Source: Raillietiella orientalis
Lineage: Eukaryota
Length of the DNA stretch: 64,000 nt
NCBI GenBank assembly: GCA_036172245.1
Contig: JAYWIR010000032.1
Span: 496,001 to 560,000 of the forward strand
Direction: 5' to 3'
Shown: positions 62,775 to 64,000 of the stretch, piece after piece
How positions within the stretch are numbered: position 1 is the first letter of the stretch
How the letters are laid out: each line of letters opens with the position of its first letter
The notes under the pieces: model-generated
The model's input: only the letters and a program-made list of their open reading frames with translations
Told to the model about the DNA's origin: nothing
Databases searched by the model: none
Made by a program: the position numbers and the translations under genes

Positions 62775-63906
62775 GAGCGTACTCGCCCTTGGCTGTTAGT
62801 ACTGGTCAACTCGAAGCAGTTGGAATGGAACGAGATGCGCAAGAAGCTGACCCCCATTCTCATGAAGCCGGCAAACGTGTAGCAGTACTTGCTCGAGCGG
62901 AAAGCCATCTGCGGCGACCTCTTCCGCCTGCCGCTGGCCGGCATGAGCTGCGGCGGCGTGAACCGCGTGTGGTAACTCGTCTTCATGGCTATGAAGTTCA
63001 TCTGCCTGGTGTGCCTGGAGCGCCTCATGCCACACTCCTCCTGTCTCCGATGGCCCTGAAAAGCCCTCAGTTTCATCGAAGTTGTGCAACAGATGTGGAA
63101 GTACTACCAGAAGCTCTACTTCGGCTTCCTACTCTGAAAGTACCTGACCATGGAGGCCTGCAAAAAGTTCGCCAGGAACGAGACCTACATCTATGACATG
63201 TGCAACAGGTACATTGAAGAGTCGGTGGCTCTGATGAGGCGGGGAGGGAACTTCAGACCCAATCTCCAGGAATGCGAGATCAGCATCCTGAAGGCGTTCA
63301 TAAGCACCTTCGACCTGGACCCCGGAGGTATACGCACAACGATGATTGACTTCATCTCTGCAGGGATCGACAACACCGTCAACACCATCCTCTTTACGCT
63401 GTACCAGCTGGAGAAGAATCAGGAGGACCAGGAGAAGGTCAACGCAGAGATCCGCACTATTATGAGCCCCCAGGACTATATGGACGTGGCATCCTCAACG
63501 ACGCCACCTGAAGCACTGCATCAAGGAGACGTTCAGCTTGATGCCCACCATAACGAACATCGCGCGGGCGCTTCCCGAGGACGTCATCATCCAGAACTAA
63601 CACATTCACGCGAAGGTCCTCATATGCTGCCACACCCATGTGGTCTCTAGGACCGAGGTCAACTTCAAGGACGCACTGTGATTCGTGCCAAAGCGGTGGG
63701 CCTGAGAGCCGGCCAACCCGTTCCCGGGGCTGCCTTTCGGCTGGCGACCCCGCATGAACGTAGGCAAAAGGATCGCCGAGCAAGAGGTCTCCGTGCCCCT
63801 AATCAAGGGGCTGCTCCACTTCCGGGTCTCCTACGAGGGTAACATGGACACCGTCCGCCAGTTCCTCGTCATCCCCGAGACGCCGCTGAGGTTCCTTTTT
63901 CTTTGA
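62775..63906 (+). pseudogene. Processed mitochondrial-clan cytochrome P450 pseudogene (CYP314/shade-like by eye)
   Basis: LVN...EWNEMRKKL (WxxxR), DFISAGIDNT (I-helix), CIKETFS (ExxR degenerate), FVPKRW (PERF), PFGWRPRMNVGKRIAEQE (heme Cys replaced by Asn). Intronless, with several stops and frameshifts; TGA at 63904-63906. Confidence 0.88.
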
Positions 63907-64000
63907 AAGGTCGTAGAGTTCTTGAGGAAAAGACCTTTCCAGATCGCGGAGATTACTCCGGATCCCAACTTGGATGCATCCTCTCAGATCTGTTTCCGGA

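Overview
Eukaryotic (probably ecdysozoan invertebrate) genomic DNA. The only intact host gene is the 3' part of a puromycin-sensitive M1 aminopeptidase (19-1994, +; five exons, introns of only 39-51 nt). The remaining ~62 kb is a retroelement and retropseudogene graveyard. It holds about eight copies or fragments of a ~0.7-0.85 kb tRNA-headed, poly(A)-tailed SINE-like repeat, several L1/Tx1-like non-LTR remnants, decayed Penelope-, Gypsy-, BEL- and possibly RLE-type fragments, an intronless alpha-tubulin pseudogene, an intronless mitochondrial-clan P450 pseudogene and two duplicated P450 fragments. The main finding is that three 5'-truncated copies of one Tx1-like LINE (14951-15652, 33356-34433, 39451-40154) sit antisense at exactly the same nucleotide of the SINE, each flanked by a degenerate 18-bp target-site duplication. 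Four other SINE copies show the empty site. This points to a SINE-targeting, site-specific retrotransposon, or to a LINE-SINE composite amplified as a unit. All family assignments are by eye from motifs; no searches were run.
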